Assembly (NCBI GenBank): GCA_041687695.1
Contig: JAWLBL010000017.1
Span: forward strand, 96,001 to 160,000
DNA: 64,000 nucleotides
Reading direction: 5' to 3'
Origin: Myxococcota bacterium
GTDB lineage: Bacteria > Myxococcota_A > UBA9042 > PHBI01 > JAWLBL01
Numbering within the stretch: position 1 is the stretch's first letter; each line of letters begins with the position of its first letter. The position numbers were made by a program, and so were the translations under genes. The notes beneath the pieces are model-generated. The model searched no databases. It saw only the letters and a list, made by a program, of their open reading frames with translations, and was not told where the DNA came from. This document shows positions 8,920 to 17,688 of this stretch, piece after piece.

Positions 8920-11900
8920 TCCCCAGTCCTAACCTCGACGACCGCCGCTGGCAGGACATCGTCGAGGAGGCCGTTCGGCTGATCCCGCAGTACTGCCCCG
9001 AGTGGACGAACTTCAACCCGTCGGATCCCGGCATCACGCTGCTCGAGCTGTTCGCGTGGATGACCGAGATGGCCGTCTACCGGCTCAACCGGGTGCCGGA
9101 GCGGAACTACCTGGCCTTCCTCAACATGATGGGGATCCGGCTCCAGCCTCCACAGCCGGCGCGGTCGCTCGTCCACTTCCAGATCAGCGACAAGATCGAC
9201 CAGGTCCGGATCCCGGCGAACACGCGGGTCGCGACGAAGCCGGCTGGCGACCAGCCCGCCATCGTGTTCGAGACGGAGCGGGACCTGCTGGCCCTCAAGA
9301 ACCAGCTCGTCCGCTGCATGAGCCAGTACGCCCAGCAGTTCTCGGACAACTCGCCGTTCACCGACGGCCAGCGCGGGCCGTTCGAGGTCTTCGGTGGGGC
9401 GAGGAGCATCGAGCGCTACCTGTACCTGGGCGACGACCGCCTGGCCGCGTTCAACGAGGACGCCATCCTGGTCGTTCGGTTCGAGTCGCAGGGCGCCGGC
9501 GAGCGTGAGTTCCACGAGCTGCTGGAGTGGGAGTACTGGGACGGCAGCCGTTGGCGCGAGCTCGTCCGTCCTTCGATGGAGCTCGAGCGCAACTCGGTCG
9601 CGTTCCAGGGCCCGCCCACCTTCGAGAAGACGTCGGTGAACGACGTCGAGAGCTGGTGGATCCGGGGACGCCTGTTCGAGGTCCCGAAGGGCGACGACGA
9701 GACGGTCATCGACACGATCTCGGCGCGCATCGAGGTGCTCGGCGAGGGCGTGCAGCCCGAGCACGCGCTCTGCAACGCCGAAGGCGACATCTACGCGACG
9801 CTCGATCTCGACAAGAACTTCCTGCCCTTCGGCAAGGCGCCGCAGATCGACTCGACGCTCTACCTGAGCGCCGACGAGATCTTGTCGCAGCCCGATACGA
9901 CGGTCCGGGTCGACGTGACCCTCTCGGATCAGTCGGTCGCCGATCGCGCCCGCCCGTCGCACGATCTGCTGCTGCGTTGGGAGTACTTCAGCGGCAAGCG
10001 CTGGAAGGTCCTGGCCAAGGTCAAGGCCGCCGATGGCGCCATCGAGAGCGACTTCGGATTCGTCGACGGCACCAAGTGCTTCAGCGACTCCGGCTCGATC
10101 TCGTTCTCGCGCCCCAAGGACCTGACCGCGACCGAGGTCAACGGGACGGCCGGGCTGTGGATCCGCTGCCGCATCGAGCTCGGCAACTATGGTATCCCGG
10201 GCACCTACGAGCTGGTGGACGACACCTGGATCTGGAAGGACGAGCACCCGCTCAAGCCTCCCACGCTGAAGGGCATCGCCTTCAAGTTCCAGGAGGAGCC
10301 GCACCCGTTCAGCAGCTGCCTCGTGTACAACGACTTCGTCTTCACCGATCACAGCAAGATGGCGGCGACGGAGTACAAGCCGTGGCAGGCCTTCCAGCCG
10401 GTGGCGGAGGAGTCGCCGACCTTGTTCATGGGGTGGTCGGCGCCGTTCCCGAACGAGCCGTGCTCGGTGTTCTTCAACATCGTGGACTCGGAAGGCAAGG
10501 GTGGACGCAACGCGCTGCGCGCCTTCGACGACCGCGCGGATCGTTACGTCGAGCAGCGCGTCGTCTGGGAGTTCTGGGACGGTAAGGGGTGGGCGCCGCT
10601 CGCGCCGAAGGACACCACCGAGAACTTCACCCAGCCGGGCTTCATCGAGTTCGTGGGACCGCCCGAGTTCCGCAAGTCGCGCCGCTTCGGCGAGAGCCTG
10701 TACTGGATGCGGGCGCGCCTCGAGATGGGCGGCTACGACGAAGCGCCTCGCTGCGATCGCATCCTCATCAACGCGACGTACGCGTTGAACGTGACCACCT
10801 ACGGCGACACGCCGCTCGGCTCGAGCCGCGGGACGCCCAACCAGTTCTTCCACTTCCCTCGCGGTCCCGTGCTCGATGGCGAGGCGCTGCTCGTGCGCGA
10901 GCCCGAGCGCCCCCGGGACGAGGATCTCGAGGCCGTCGTCTCCGTCTATGGCGAGGCGGGGATCGCCGAAGACGGCGACGGGCAGGGGTATTGGGTGCGC
11001 TGGCGCCCCGTGGAGAGCATGTTCGACTGCGGCCCCAAGGATCGCGTCTACGTCAAGGACATCTCCACCGGCGAGATCCGGTTCGGAGACGGGGTCCGCG
11101 GCATGATCCCCCCCAAGGGCGACAAGAACATCCGCGCGGGTCGGTTCCAGACGGGCGGTGGTGCGACCGGCAACGTGCCGGCCGAGGCCATCGCCGTGAT
11201 GAAGCAGAACCTGGCCTTCGTCAGCGCAGTGACCAACCCGTATCCGGCCGCTGGCGGCTGCGACATGGAGACGGTCGAGGAGGCCAAGCTCCGCGCGCCA
11301 CACATGCTCAAGGCCCGCAACCGGGCCGTGACGGTCGACGACTTCGAGTGGCTGGCCATGGAGGCCTCCAACTCGGTGGCGCGCGTCAAGTGCCTGCCCT
11401 CGGTCTCGCGCGAGGGTGAGGTGACGGTCATCGTCGTGCCGAAGACCAGCTTCCACGCCTCGCTCGAGGAGAAGCCCGTCCCGACGGCGGAGCTTCTGAA
11501 GAAGGTCCGTGGCTACCTGGCCGAGCGCAAGCTGGTCTCCACCATCGTCAACGTGGTGCGGCCGTCCTACGCCGAGCTGTCGATCGAGGTCGAGATCGTC
11601 CGCATGACGAGCGCGCCGAGCGACCGCATCAAGCGCCAGATCGAGCAGGCGCTGCGCCGATTCCTGCACCCGCTCGTCGGCGGTCGGCAGGGCAAGGGAT
11701 GGCCTTTCGGTCGCGCGGTCCTGAAGGTCGACCTCTACCATGTGGTCGAGCAGGTCGACGGCGTCGACTTCGTCGACAAGATTCGCCTGCGCGACGCCGA
11801 GCGCGGGGTCGAGGTCGAGCAGCTCAAGCTGCTCGACGACCAACTCGTGCACCTCGTGAACGTCACCGTGGTCGAGAAGGCGCATGACCGCATCGTCTGA
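8916..11900 (+). CDS. Baseplate J-like assembly protein (Afp11-like), 994 aa
   Basis: PNLDDRRWQD...PEWTNFNPSDPGITLLELFAW; IRFGDGVRGMIPP; GGGATGNV; RNRAVTVDDFE; FLHPLVGG..GWPFGR. Confidence 0.95.
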   Translation: MIPSPNLDDRRWQDIVEEAVRLIPQYCPEWTNFNPSDPGITLLELFAWMTEMAVYRLNRVPERNYLAFLNMMGIRLQPPQPARSLVHFQISDKIDQVRIPANTRVATKPAGDQPAIVFETERDLLALKNQLVRCMSQYAQQFSDNSPFTDGQRGPFEVFGGARSIERYLYLGDDRLAAFNEDAILVVRFESQGAGEREFHELLEWEYWDGSRWRELVRPSMELERNSVAFQGPPTFEKTSVNDVESWWIRGRLFEVPKGDDETVIDTISARIEVLGEGVQPEHALCNAEGDIYATLDLDKNFLPFGKAPQIDSTLYLSADEILSQPDTTVRVDVTLSDQSVADRARPSHDLLLRWEYFSGKRWKVLAKVKAADGAIESDFGFVDGTKCFSDSGSISFSRPKDLTATEVNGTAGLWIRCRIELGNYGIPGTYELVDDTWIWKDEHPLKPPTLKGIAFKFQEEPHPFSSCLVYNDFVFTDHSKMAATEYKPWQAFQPVAEESPTLFMGWSAPFPNEPCSVFFNIVDSEGKGGRNALRAFDDRADRYVEQRVVWEFWDGKGWAPLAPKDTTENFTQPGFIEFVGPPEFRKSRRFGESLYWMRARLEMGGYDEAPRCDRILINATYALNVTTYGDTPLGSSRGTPNQFFHFPRGPVLDGEALLVREPERPRDEDLEAVVSVYGEAGIAEDGDGQGYWVRWRPVESMFDCGPKDRVYVKDISTGEIRFGDGVRGMIPPKGDKNIRAGRFQTGGGATGNVPAEAIAVMKQNLAFVSAVTNPYPAAGGCDMETVEEAKLRAPHMLKARNRAVTVDDFEWLAMEASNSVARVKCLPSVSREGEVTVIVVPKTSFHASLEEKPVPTAELLKKVRGYLAERKLVSTIVNVVRPSYAELSIEVEIVRMTSAPSDRIKRQIEQALRRFLHPLVGGRQGKGWPFGRAVLKVDLYHVVEQVDGVDFVDKIRLRDAERGVEVEQLKLLDDQLVHLVNVTVVEKAHDRIV

Positions 11901-12795
11901 CAACCTCGGCAGCCGCCCAGCGCCGGTCCGGAAGGTCGTCCTTCCGGAGGTGGCCGGGCTGCAGCTCGACGACGCGCGCGTCGTCCTGACGAGCGCGGGG
12001 CTCGACCATGTGCGCGTGCACTACGTCGAGGCGTACGCGGACGAGTTCAGCGTCGTCGAGCAGATCCCGCATCCGGGCATGCTGGTCGACCGCACCCGCG
12101 AGATCACGCTCCACGTCGCGCGCACCAACATGCTGGCGTACCTGCCGCAGGTCTACCAGCAGTCGTCGCCCGGGTTCCTCAAAGGCTACCTGTACATCGT
12201 CCAGACGATCTTCGATCGCCTGTACCAGCGGCTCGACCACATCCACGAGCTGTTCGACCCGCGGACGACGGACCCCGAGTTCCTGCCGTGGCTCGCGAGC
12301 TGGCTGGCTGTCGGGCTCAACCGCGACTGGACCGACCTGCAGACCCGCAAGATGCTGCTCGCGGCGACGCGGCTGTTCCCGTACCGCGGGACGTCGCGCG
12401 CCATCAGCGAGTTCGTCCGCATCTACACGGGGGCGAGCGTCACCATCGAGGAGAACAGCTGGCCGTTCCGGGGGTTCCGGGTCGGCGTGCATTCGACCGT
12501 CGGTGAAGACACGGTCATCTTGCCGGACATGAACCTCGCGCACTGCTTCGTGGTGCGGCTCGATCGGCCGGCCGCGGTCGTCAGCGAGGACGAGATCATC
12601 CGGATCCACGAGATCATCCAGGCGCAGAAGCCGGCTCACACCAGCTACTTCCTCGCGTTCAGCGACGAGGCGGAGTCGGGTGAGATGGGGATGTTCATGG
12701 AGATCGGGACGTCGTCGATCGGGATGGGGATGGGCATCGGCATGGGCGTCGGCGCGGCCGACGTCGTCGCGATGTCAACGTCGGACGGCGAATAG
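11884..12795 (+). CDS. PASTA domain fused to P2 gpI-like baseplate wedge/tail protein
   Basis: N-terminal VVLPEVAGLQLDDARVVLTSAGL...VVEQIPHPG.LV.....ITLHVA (PASTA pattern); then YLPQVY...FDPRTTDPEFLPWLASW...YRGT..AI...QKPAHT (Tail_P2_I pattern). Confidence 0.85.
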   Translation: MTASSDNLGSRPAPVRKVVLPEVAGLQLDDARVVLTSAGLDHVRVHYVEAYADEFSVVEQIPHPGMLVDRTREITLHVARTNMLAYLPQVYQQSSPGFLKGYLYIVQTIFDRLYQRLDHIHELFDPRTTDPEFLPWLASWLAVGLNRDWTDLQTRKMLLAATRLFPYRGTSRAISEFVRIYTGASVTIEENSWPFRGFRVGVHSTVGEDTVILPDMNLAHCFVVRLDRPAAVVSEDEIIRIHEIIQAQKPAHTSYFLAFSDEAESGEMGMFMEIGTSSIGMGMGIGMGVGAADVVAMSTSDGE

Positions 12796-12831
12796 GCGAC
12801 GTAGGGACTAAGAATGGCTCCAGGAGCTGAT

Positions 12832-14367
12832 ATGGCCAACGACACGAAGGGTTATAGCCGGGTCAACTTCTTCACCGGCTTTCAGACGACGGCGGACGAC
12901 TGGAACGACGTCATCCGCTACGACGTCGAGAAGCACAAGCTGCACAACCGGCTCTTCCATGGGCCGGGCGTCGTGCCCTCGGTCGGGGGAGGCCTGAAGG
13001 TCTCGGCGCGCGGTCGCGCGGACCTGTCGGTCGAGGTGTCGCCGGGTTACGCCATCGATGCCTCGGGCAACGATCTCCACCTGGGCGAGCCCGAGATCAA
13101 GACCATCAACCCGGGCGACTTCAAGCTCCCGCAGACGGTCTACGTCGTCCTGAAGTACATCGAGGAGCTGACCGACTTCGTCAGCTACCGGGCCAACCTC
13201 GAGTACAAGGGGCACCGGCGGGTCTCCGAGCGCGTGAAGGTGGAGACGATCATCACCGAGCCGGACATCCGGCACGAGGTGGAGATCGCGCGTATCCACC
13301 TGACCAAGGACGTCCGCCGCATCACGGACGCCAAGGACCCGCTCAATCCGCGCGAGAACGAGATCGATCTGCGGTTCGTGCCCATCGCCGGCGTCGTCGG
13401 CTCGAACCTGTCGCCGGCCGTCCTGCGCGAGCTCGCGGATGTCATCGAGGCGTCCCGGTCGGTCTACGCGCACATGTTCCACAACATGAAGATCCTGCCG
13501 GCGGCGGACGTGGAGCACGCGCTCATCACGCTCGACATGTTCCGGCGGCTCAACCTCATCGACGCGCGCAGCCTGTTCGAGCTGTGGTCGGTCGTCTTCA
13601 ACCTGCAGACGCAGCTGGTCGAGGACGTCGAGCTCAACTACCCGCAGTTCTCGTCGAAGAAGGAGTTCGCCTCCTTCAAGAAGCACGTCGAGCTGCTCGA
13701 GGGCATGTACGCGGAGGGCAAGTTCACCCCCGAGTTCATGACCAACATCCTGGGCTACCAGCGCAAGGGAACCGAGAACCTGACCAGCGTCTTCTCGGCC
13801 AAGGTCAAGGCCAAGCGTCAGGCGGACGCGCCGGCCGCGGCCGCGGCGACGGACGCGGTCTGGGACAAGATCAAGCTCAAGAGCGACGACTTCACCGAGC
13901 TGCTCGAGATCGAGGGGGTCAAGCTCAAGCGGGTCGACGTCATCGATCTGCTCGACAAGACCTCGGAGTCCGGCCACAAGTTCCGCATCGTCGATGCGCG
14001 TGACAAGTACCGGACGCGCCAGAAGCTCAAGTATCCCGACGGGGTCATCGTCGAGGACGTCGGCATCGCCTTCGAGGGCGGCTACGCCGAGTTCGAGGTG
14101 TCGAACGTCACGCCGAACAAGGACCTCATCATGATCACCCGGTTCGACTACGTGCACGGCGACTGGGAGCAGGAGGTCCTCATCAACGGCAAGAAGGTGG
14201 GGACCGAGGTCTGCACCGGCGAGGATCGCAAGTTCCGCTGGCGCAACAGCCCCTTCAAGATCAGCGCCGAGTACGTGACGGACACGTTCCTCAGCGTCCG
14301 CAAGCTGCCGACCACGGCCGAGCGCGACATCAACATGTTCAAGATCTGGTTCTACCAGCCGGCCTGA
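12832..14367 (+). CDS. eCIS baseplate-anchored fibre/receptor-binding protein with probable C-terminal carbohydrate-binding jelly-roll domain
   Basis: N-terminal RVNFFTG...ADD......HKLHNR.FHGPGVV...VSPGYAIDASG is typical of eCIS fibre anchors; beta-rich C-terminus (VLINGKKVG...RWRN..F.I...WFYQ); AGGAG RBS before ATG 12832. Confidence 0.75.
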   Translation: MANDTKGYSRVNFFTGFQTTADDWNDVIRYDVEKHKLHNRLFHGPGVVPSVGGGLKVSARGRADLSVEVSPGYAIDASGNDLHLGEPEIKTINPGDFKLPQTVYVVLKYIEELTDFVSYRANLEYKGHRRVSERVKVETIITEPDIRHEVEIARIHLTKDVRRITDAKDPLNPRENEIDLRFVPIAGVVGSNLSPAVLRELADVIEASRSVYAHMFHNMKILPAADVEHALITLDMFRRLNLIDARSLFELWSVVFNLQTQLVEDVELNYPQFSSKKEFASFKKHVELLEGMYAEGKFTPEFMTNILGYQRKGTENLTSVFSAKVKAKRQADAPAAAAATDAVWDKIKLKSDDFTELLEIEGVKLKRVDVIDLLDKTSESGHKFRIVDARDKYRTRQKLKYPDGVIVEDVGIAFEGGYAEFEVSNVTPNKDLIMITRFDYVHGDWEQEVLINGKKVGTEVCTGEDRKFRWRNSPFKISAEYVTDTFLSVRKLPTTAERDINMFKIWFYQPA

Positions 14368-14390
14368 TCCAGTCGCTCGACGCCCTCACG

Positions 14391-14430
14391 ACCGGCCGCT
14401 CCGAGGATCCTCGGGGCGGCCGGTTCGTTT
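14391..14430 (+). terminator. Strong hairpin, probable terminator ending the baseplate operon
   Basis: ACCGGCCGCTCCGAGG / CCTCGGGGCGGCCGGT inverted repeat followed by TCGTTT. Confidence 0.65.
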
Positions 14431-14560
14431 CGAACGCCAGCCGGTGCCGTGTCCCGGCGGCCGCGAATGTCCCGGCAGTGGTCTTGATCTCTCGTCCCAA
14501 TGCTGCCATCGTCTGGGACAAGGTTTGTTTCGGGGCGACCGGAGACGGTCGTGGGGTGCC

Positions 14561-15187
14561 ATGGTTTGGGACTTCTTGAAGAGCCTCGGCCGGCAGAAGA
14601 TCACCGGCGTCGAGGCCATGGCGAACAGCAAGGCCATGGGCGCCCAGGCGAAAGCCAAGGCGAAGGTCGCCGCCAAGTTCAACAAGGCGGTGGACGGGGC
14701 GACGAACAAGGCCAAGGGCGTCGTCAAGAAGGACAAGAAGCCGGACCAGGCCGCGGACAAGGATGACAAGGGCATGGGATTCTTCTCGAAGAAGAAGGGC
14801 TCCGACGGTCCGGCCCCCCAGGCCGCTCCAGAGCCCGCGGAGTTCGGGGACAAGACGCAGTTCATCCAGGTCGTGGTCGACAAGCCGAAGGAGTGCGTCG
14901 GCTGGGTGGTCGTCCTCAGCGGCCCCCAGAAGGGGCAGGACTTCCGCATCGTCCCTGGCAAGAACGTCCTCGGCACCGCCGCCGATTGCGACATCGTCCT
15001 CACCGACCAGTACCTGTCGGCTCGGCACGCGGTCATCCGCTACGAGGAAGGGACCTTCATGCTCGTCGACCTCGACTCGACGAACGGCACCTTCGTCAAC
15101 GACAGCCGCTGTGCCAAGGAGGAGCTGATCGACAACGATCGCGTTCGCCTGGGCCGTACCGAGCTGAAGTTCAAGTCGCTCTACTGA
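14561..15187 (+). CDS. FHA domain protein with Lys/Ala-rich N-terminus
   Basis: VGWVVVLSGPQKGQDF...LG...LSARHAVI...LVDLDSTNGTFVN...LIDNDRVRLG. Confidence 0.9.
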   Translation: MVWDFLKSLGRQKITGVEAMANSKAMGAQAKAKAKVAAKFNKAVDGATNKAKGVVKKDKKPDQAADKDDKGMGFFSKKKGSDGPAPQAAPEPAEFGDKTQFIQVVVDKPKECVGWVVVLSGPQKGQDFRIVPGKNVLGTAADCDIVLTDQYLSARHAVIRYEEGTFMLVDLDSTNGTFVNDSRCAKEELIDNDRVRLGRTELKFKSLY

Positions 15188-15520
15188 CCGGCGACGCGCG
15201 CGGACGCCGAGCTTGGAGGGCGCTCGACCGTTCTCCGACCGTCGCCATCCTGGCCTTTGGTCGGCTCGTGATTCGTGTCGGCGGGGCCGCTGGGTGCGGC
15301 GCGAGGACGAGGCTAGACCGCGGGCCGTTGGGGTGCGCCGCTCGAGGCGGGGATACGCCACCTGAGCAAACGGCCCGCGGGGCGTTGACCGCGCGGTCTA
15401 TCTCCGCGATTGTATGGGCCGTCCATGGCCCGAACGGGCTGCTCGCGGGCGGGGAACGTGGGCCGTGGCCCCAATCGGAACGTGACGAGGCTGAGGAGGC
15501 GCATCGTGCGGCTGGAGACG

Positions 15521-17011
15521 TTGACAAAGAGCCGGTGGGTCGCGGGGGGGCTCATCGCAGCCTTCTTGACGCTGGGGCCGACGACGTCGGTGTTGGCGGC
15601 TAGCGATCGCCTGGACATCGAGTACGTGAAGACGGACGAGTTCCTCGCCAAGGGGACCATCCAGTTCTACGTGGACCTGCTCGACGACGACTACAAGGTC
15701 ATCTCCGGACTCTCCGGGGACGAGATCACGGTCTTCATCGACGGCCAGGAGGTCCCCGGGACCGTCCAGGTCCAGAGCTTCTCGGAAGCGCAGGAGCGGG
15801 TGGCGGTCGCCATCCTGATGAACGGCTCGCGTGGCTACGCCAAGCTCGAGGCCGCCGAGGACGACGAGGGCAACGCCGTTCAGGGGCCGCCGGAGGTCTT
15901 CGGGCTCCAGAAGCAGGGCTTCGCCGAGTTCGTGAAGAAGCTCGACACGAACGACCACTTCTCGGTGTACCTCTACAACGAGGCGGGGCTGAGGGTCGTC
16001 GACAACTGGAGCCAGGATCCGACCGGCGCGGCCGACCGCATCGAGAAGAACGCCAAGCTGAGCGACGAGTCGAAGTCCTCGCCGCTGCCGCCGCTTCTGT
16101 ACAAGAGCGTCAAGGACATCGTCGACGGCAAGATCGCCGAGGCCGAGAACCTCCCGCGCCGCAAGATCCTCCTGGTGATGTCGGACGGCAAGGACCGCTT
16201 CGAGTCCCAGGCCAAGAAGCTCGAAGGGACCATCGACCAGATCGTCGAGGCCGCCAAGGCGAACGGCGTCCGCATCTACACGCTCGGGTTCACGATGGAC
16301 CTGCCCGACCCGCTCGTGCAGTTCTCGAGCCTGGCGTCGAAGACGTCCGGCATCCATCGCGAGCTCGACGCCGGGCGGGTGACCGAGATCCCGATGGTGC
16401 TCGAGAACATCGCGACGGAGCTGAAGAAGCAGTACGTCGTCACGTTCAAGCCGCACGAGGACTTCAAGGGCGCCGAAGAGGCGGTGAAGGTCCGCCTCAA
16501 GCTCAAGAGCCCGCGAGGCAGCACGCTCGAGAAGGAGTACACGGAGCCGGTCAAGATCCAGAAGAAGCCCTTCGATTGGATGGGCCTGCTCAAGTGGATC
16601 GGCATCGGCCTCGGCAGCCTGCTCGGCCTGTTCCTCGTCTGGAAGCTGGTGGCCGGGATCCTCCGCGCGCGACGCAACGCGGCCAGCCAGCCGGTCGTCG
16701 AGGAGCAGTACAGCGGCCCATACAAGGGCAAGCTGCTGGCCACCGGAGGGGGGCTGATCGGCACTGAGTATTTCCTGACTGAGGATGTCACGACCATCGG
16801 CTCCATCCAGGGCAACGCGATCGTCCTGTCAGGGCCGGGGGTGTCCAAGCGCCACGCCGGTATCAAGATCGAGGACATGCGGTTCGAACTGGCCGACTTC
16901 GGCTCGACCAACGGGACCTACGTGAACGGCACCAAGATCACCAAGCAGTTCCTGCGCGACGGTGACCTGGTGTCCATCGGCGACAACGAGCTGCGCTTCA
17001 CGCTGAAGTAG
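15521..17011 (+). CDS. Signal peptide + vWA-like domain + transmembrane helix + C-terminal FHA domain
   Basis: TTG start with GGAG RBS; LLVMSDGKD and VRIYTLGF (vWA); TM WIGIGLGSLLGLFLVWKLV; FHA VSKRHAGI..DFGSTNGTYVNG...LRDGDLVSIG. Confidence 0.87.
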   Translation: MTKSRWVAGGLIAAFLTLGPTTSVLAASDRLDIEYVKTDEFLAKGTIQFYVDLLDDDYKVISGLSGDEITVFIDGQEVPGTVQVQSFSEAQERVAVAILMNGSRGYAKLEAAEDDEGNAVQGPPEVFGLQKQGFAEFVKKLDTNDHFSVYLYNEAGLRVVDNWSQDPTGAADRIEKNAKLSDESKSSPLPPLLYKSVKDIVDGKIAEAENLPRRKILLVMSDGKDRFESQAKKLEGTIDQIVEAAKANGVRIYTLGFTMDLPDPLVQFSSLASKTSGIHRELDAGRVTEIPMVLENIATELKKQYVVTFKPHEDFKGAEEAVKVRLKLKSPRGSTLEKEYTEPVKIQKKPFDWMGLLKWIGIGLGSLLGLFLVWKLVAGILRARRNAASQPVVEEQYSGPYKGKLLATGGGLIGTEYFLTEDVTTIGSIQGNAIVLSGPGVSKRHAGIKIEDMRFELADFGSTNGTYVNGTKITKQFLRDGDLVSIGDNELRFTLK

Positions 17012-17034
17012 CGCCGGGTCGCGCGTGGATCTTG

Positions 17035-17060
17035 GAGGGTCGTCCTTTGGGGCGGCCCTC
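17035..17060 (+). terminator. Possible terminator hairpin after the vWA-FHA gene
   Basis: GAGGGTCGTCC-TTT-GGGGCGGCCCTC imperfect stem. Confidence 0.4.
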
Positions 17061-17488
17061 GTCGTTTCGAAGGGAGACCGTCCGAACGAGCGCGAGCCGT
17101 ACAGTCGATGGCCTCGGGGTCGCTTCGATGGACGTCGGTTCGCGTGGCCCGGCGGCGCGTGACGATCCATGGAGGAGGCGTAGCCGATAGGCTCGAGGCC
17201 TGTGTCCCGCTTGCCCTTCAGGTCCGGCTGCAGCTTGGTCTGCTCGCACCTGGCAGGGTCTCGCGAGGCGTTCGCGCGCAGGTTCGACTTCGGCGACGTC
17301 CGTGGCGGCCTGGAGCGGGGCCATGGAGGCGTCTTTGAGGATCCCGCAGGGGTCGAGCCCCGGCGGACTCCAAGCGCGTCTTGAAGGGGCTCTGACGAGG
17401 CCCTGGCGCGTGGCCGGGGTGGGCCAGAGGCTGGGCCCGACCTTGGCCGTACTTGCAACGCGCCCTTGACGAGCTCTTGGAGTGCGGC

Positions 17489-17688
17489 CGGGGGCGGGCT
17501 AGAGGCTGAGCCCGACCTTGAAGGTGTAGCTCTGGAGCTCGCCCAGGCCGGCCTTCGGGGGCGGGTTAGAGGCTGGGCCCGATCTTGAAGGTGTAGCTCT
17601 GGAGCTCGCCCAGGCCGGCCTTCGGGGGCGGGCTAGAGGCTGAGCCCGACCTTGAAGGTGTAGCTCTGGAGCTCGCCCAGGCCGGCCT
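17489..17688. repeat. Three tandem 67-bp copies of the 3' end of the beta-barrel gene, plus a degenerate partial copy at about 17415-17445
   Basis: Units start at 17489, 17556 and 17623; the middle unit has 3 substitutions; the third unit is the gene end itself. Confidence 0.95.

Noticed and set aside
8883..11903. 1,006-aa minus-strand ORF
   Set aside because: Antisense shadow of baseplate J caused by high-GC codon bias; no motifs
1..14367. Prophage or canonical T6SS
   Set aside because: No head, packaging, lysis or integration genes and no TssJLM/TssK/ClpV in the window; gene order matches eCIS (upstream part not visible)
16998..17458. Short ORFs between the vWA-FHA and barrel genes
   Set aside because: No recognisable family, RBS or consistent frame; possibly a decayed gene but not supportable as a feature
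17489..17688. 67-bp repeats as a CRISPR array
   Set aside because: Units are contiguous with no unique spacers, derive from a CDS end, and no cas genes are present
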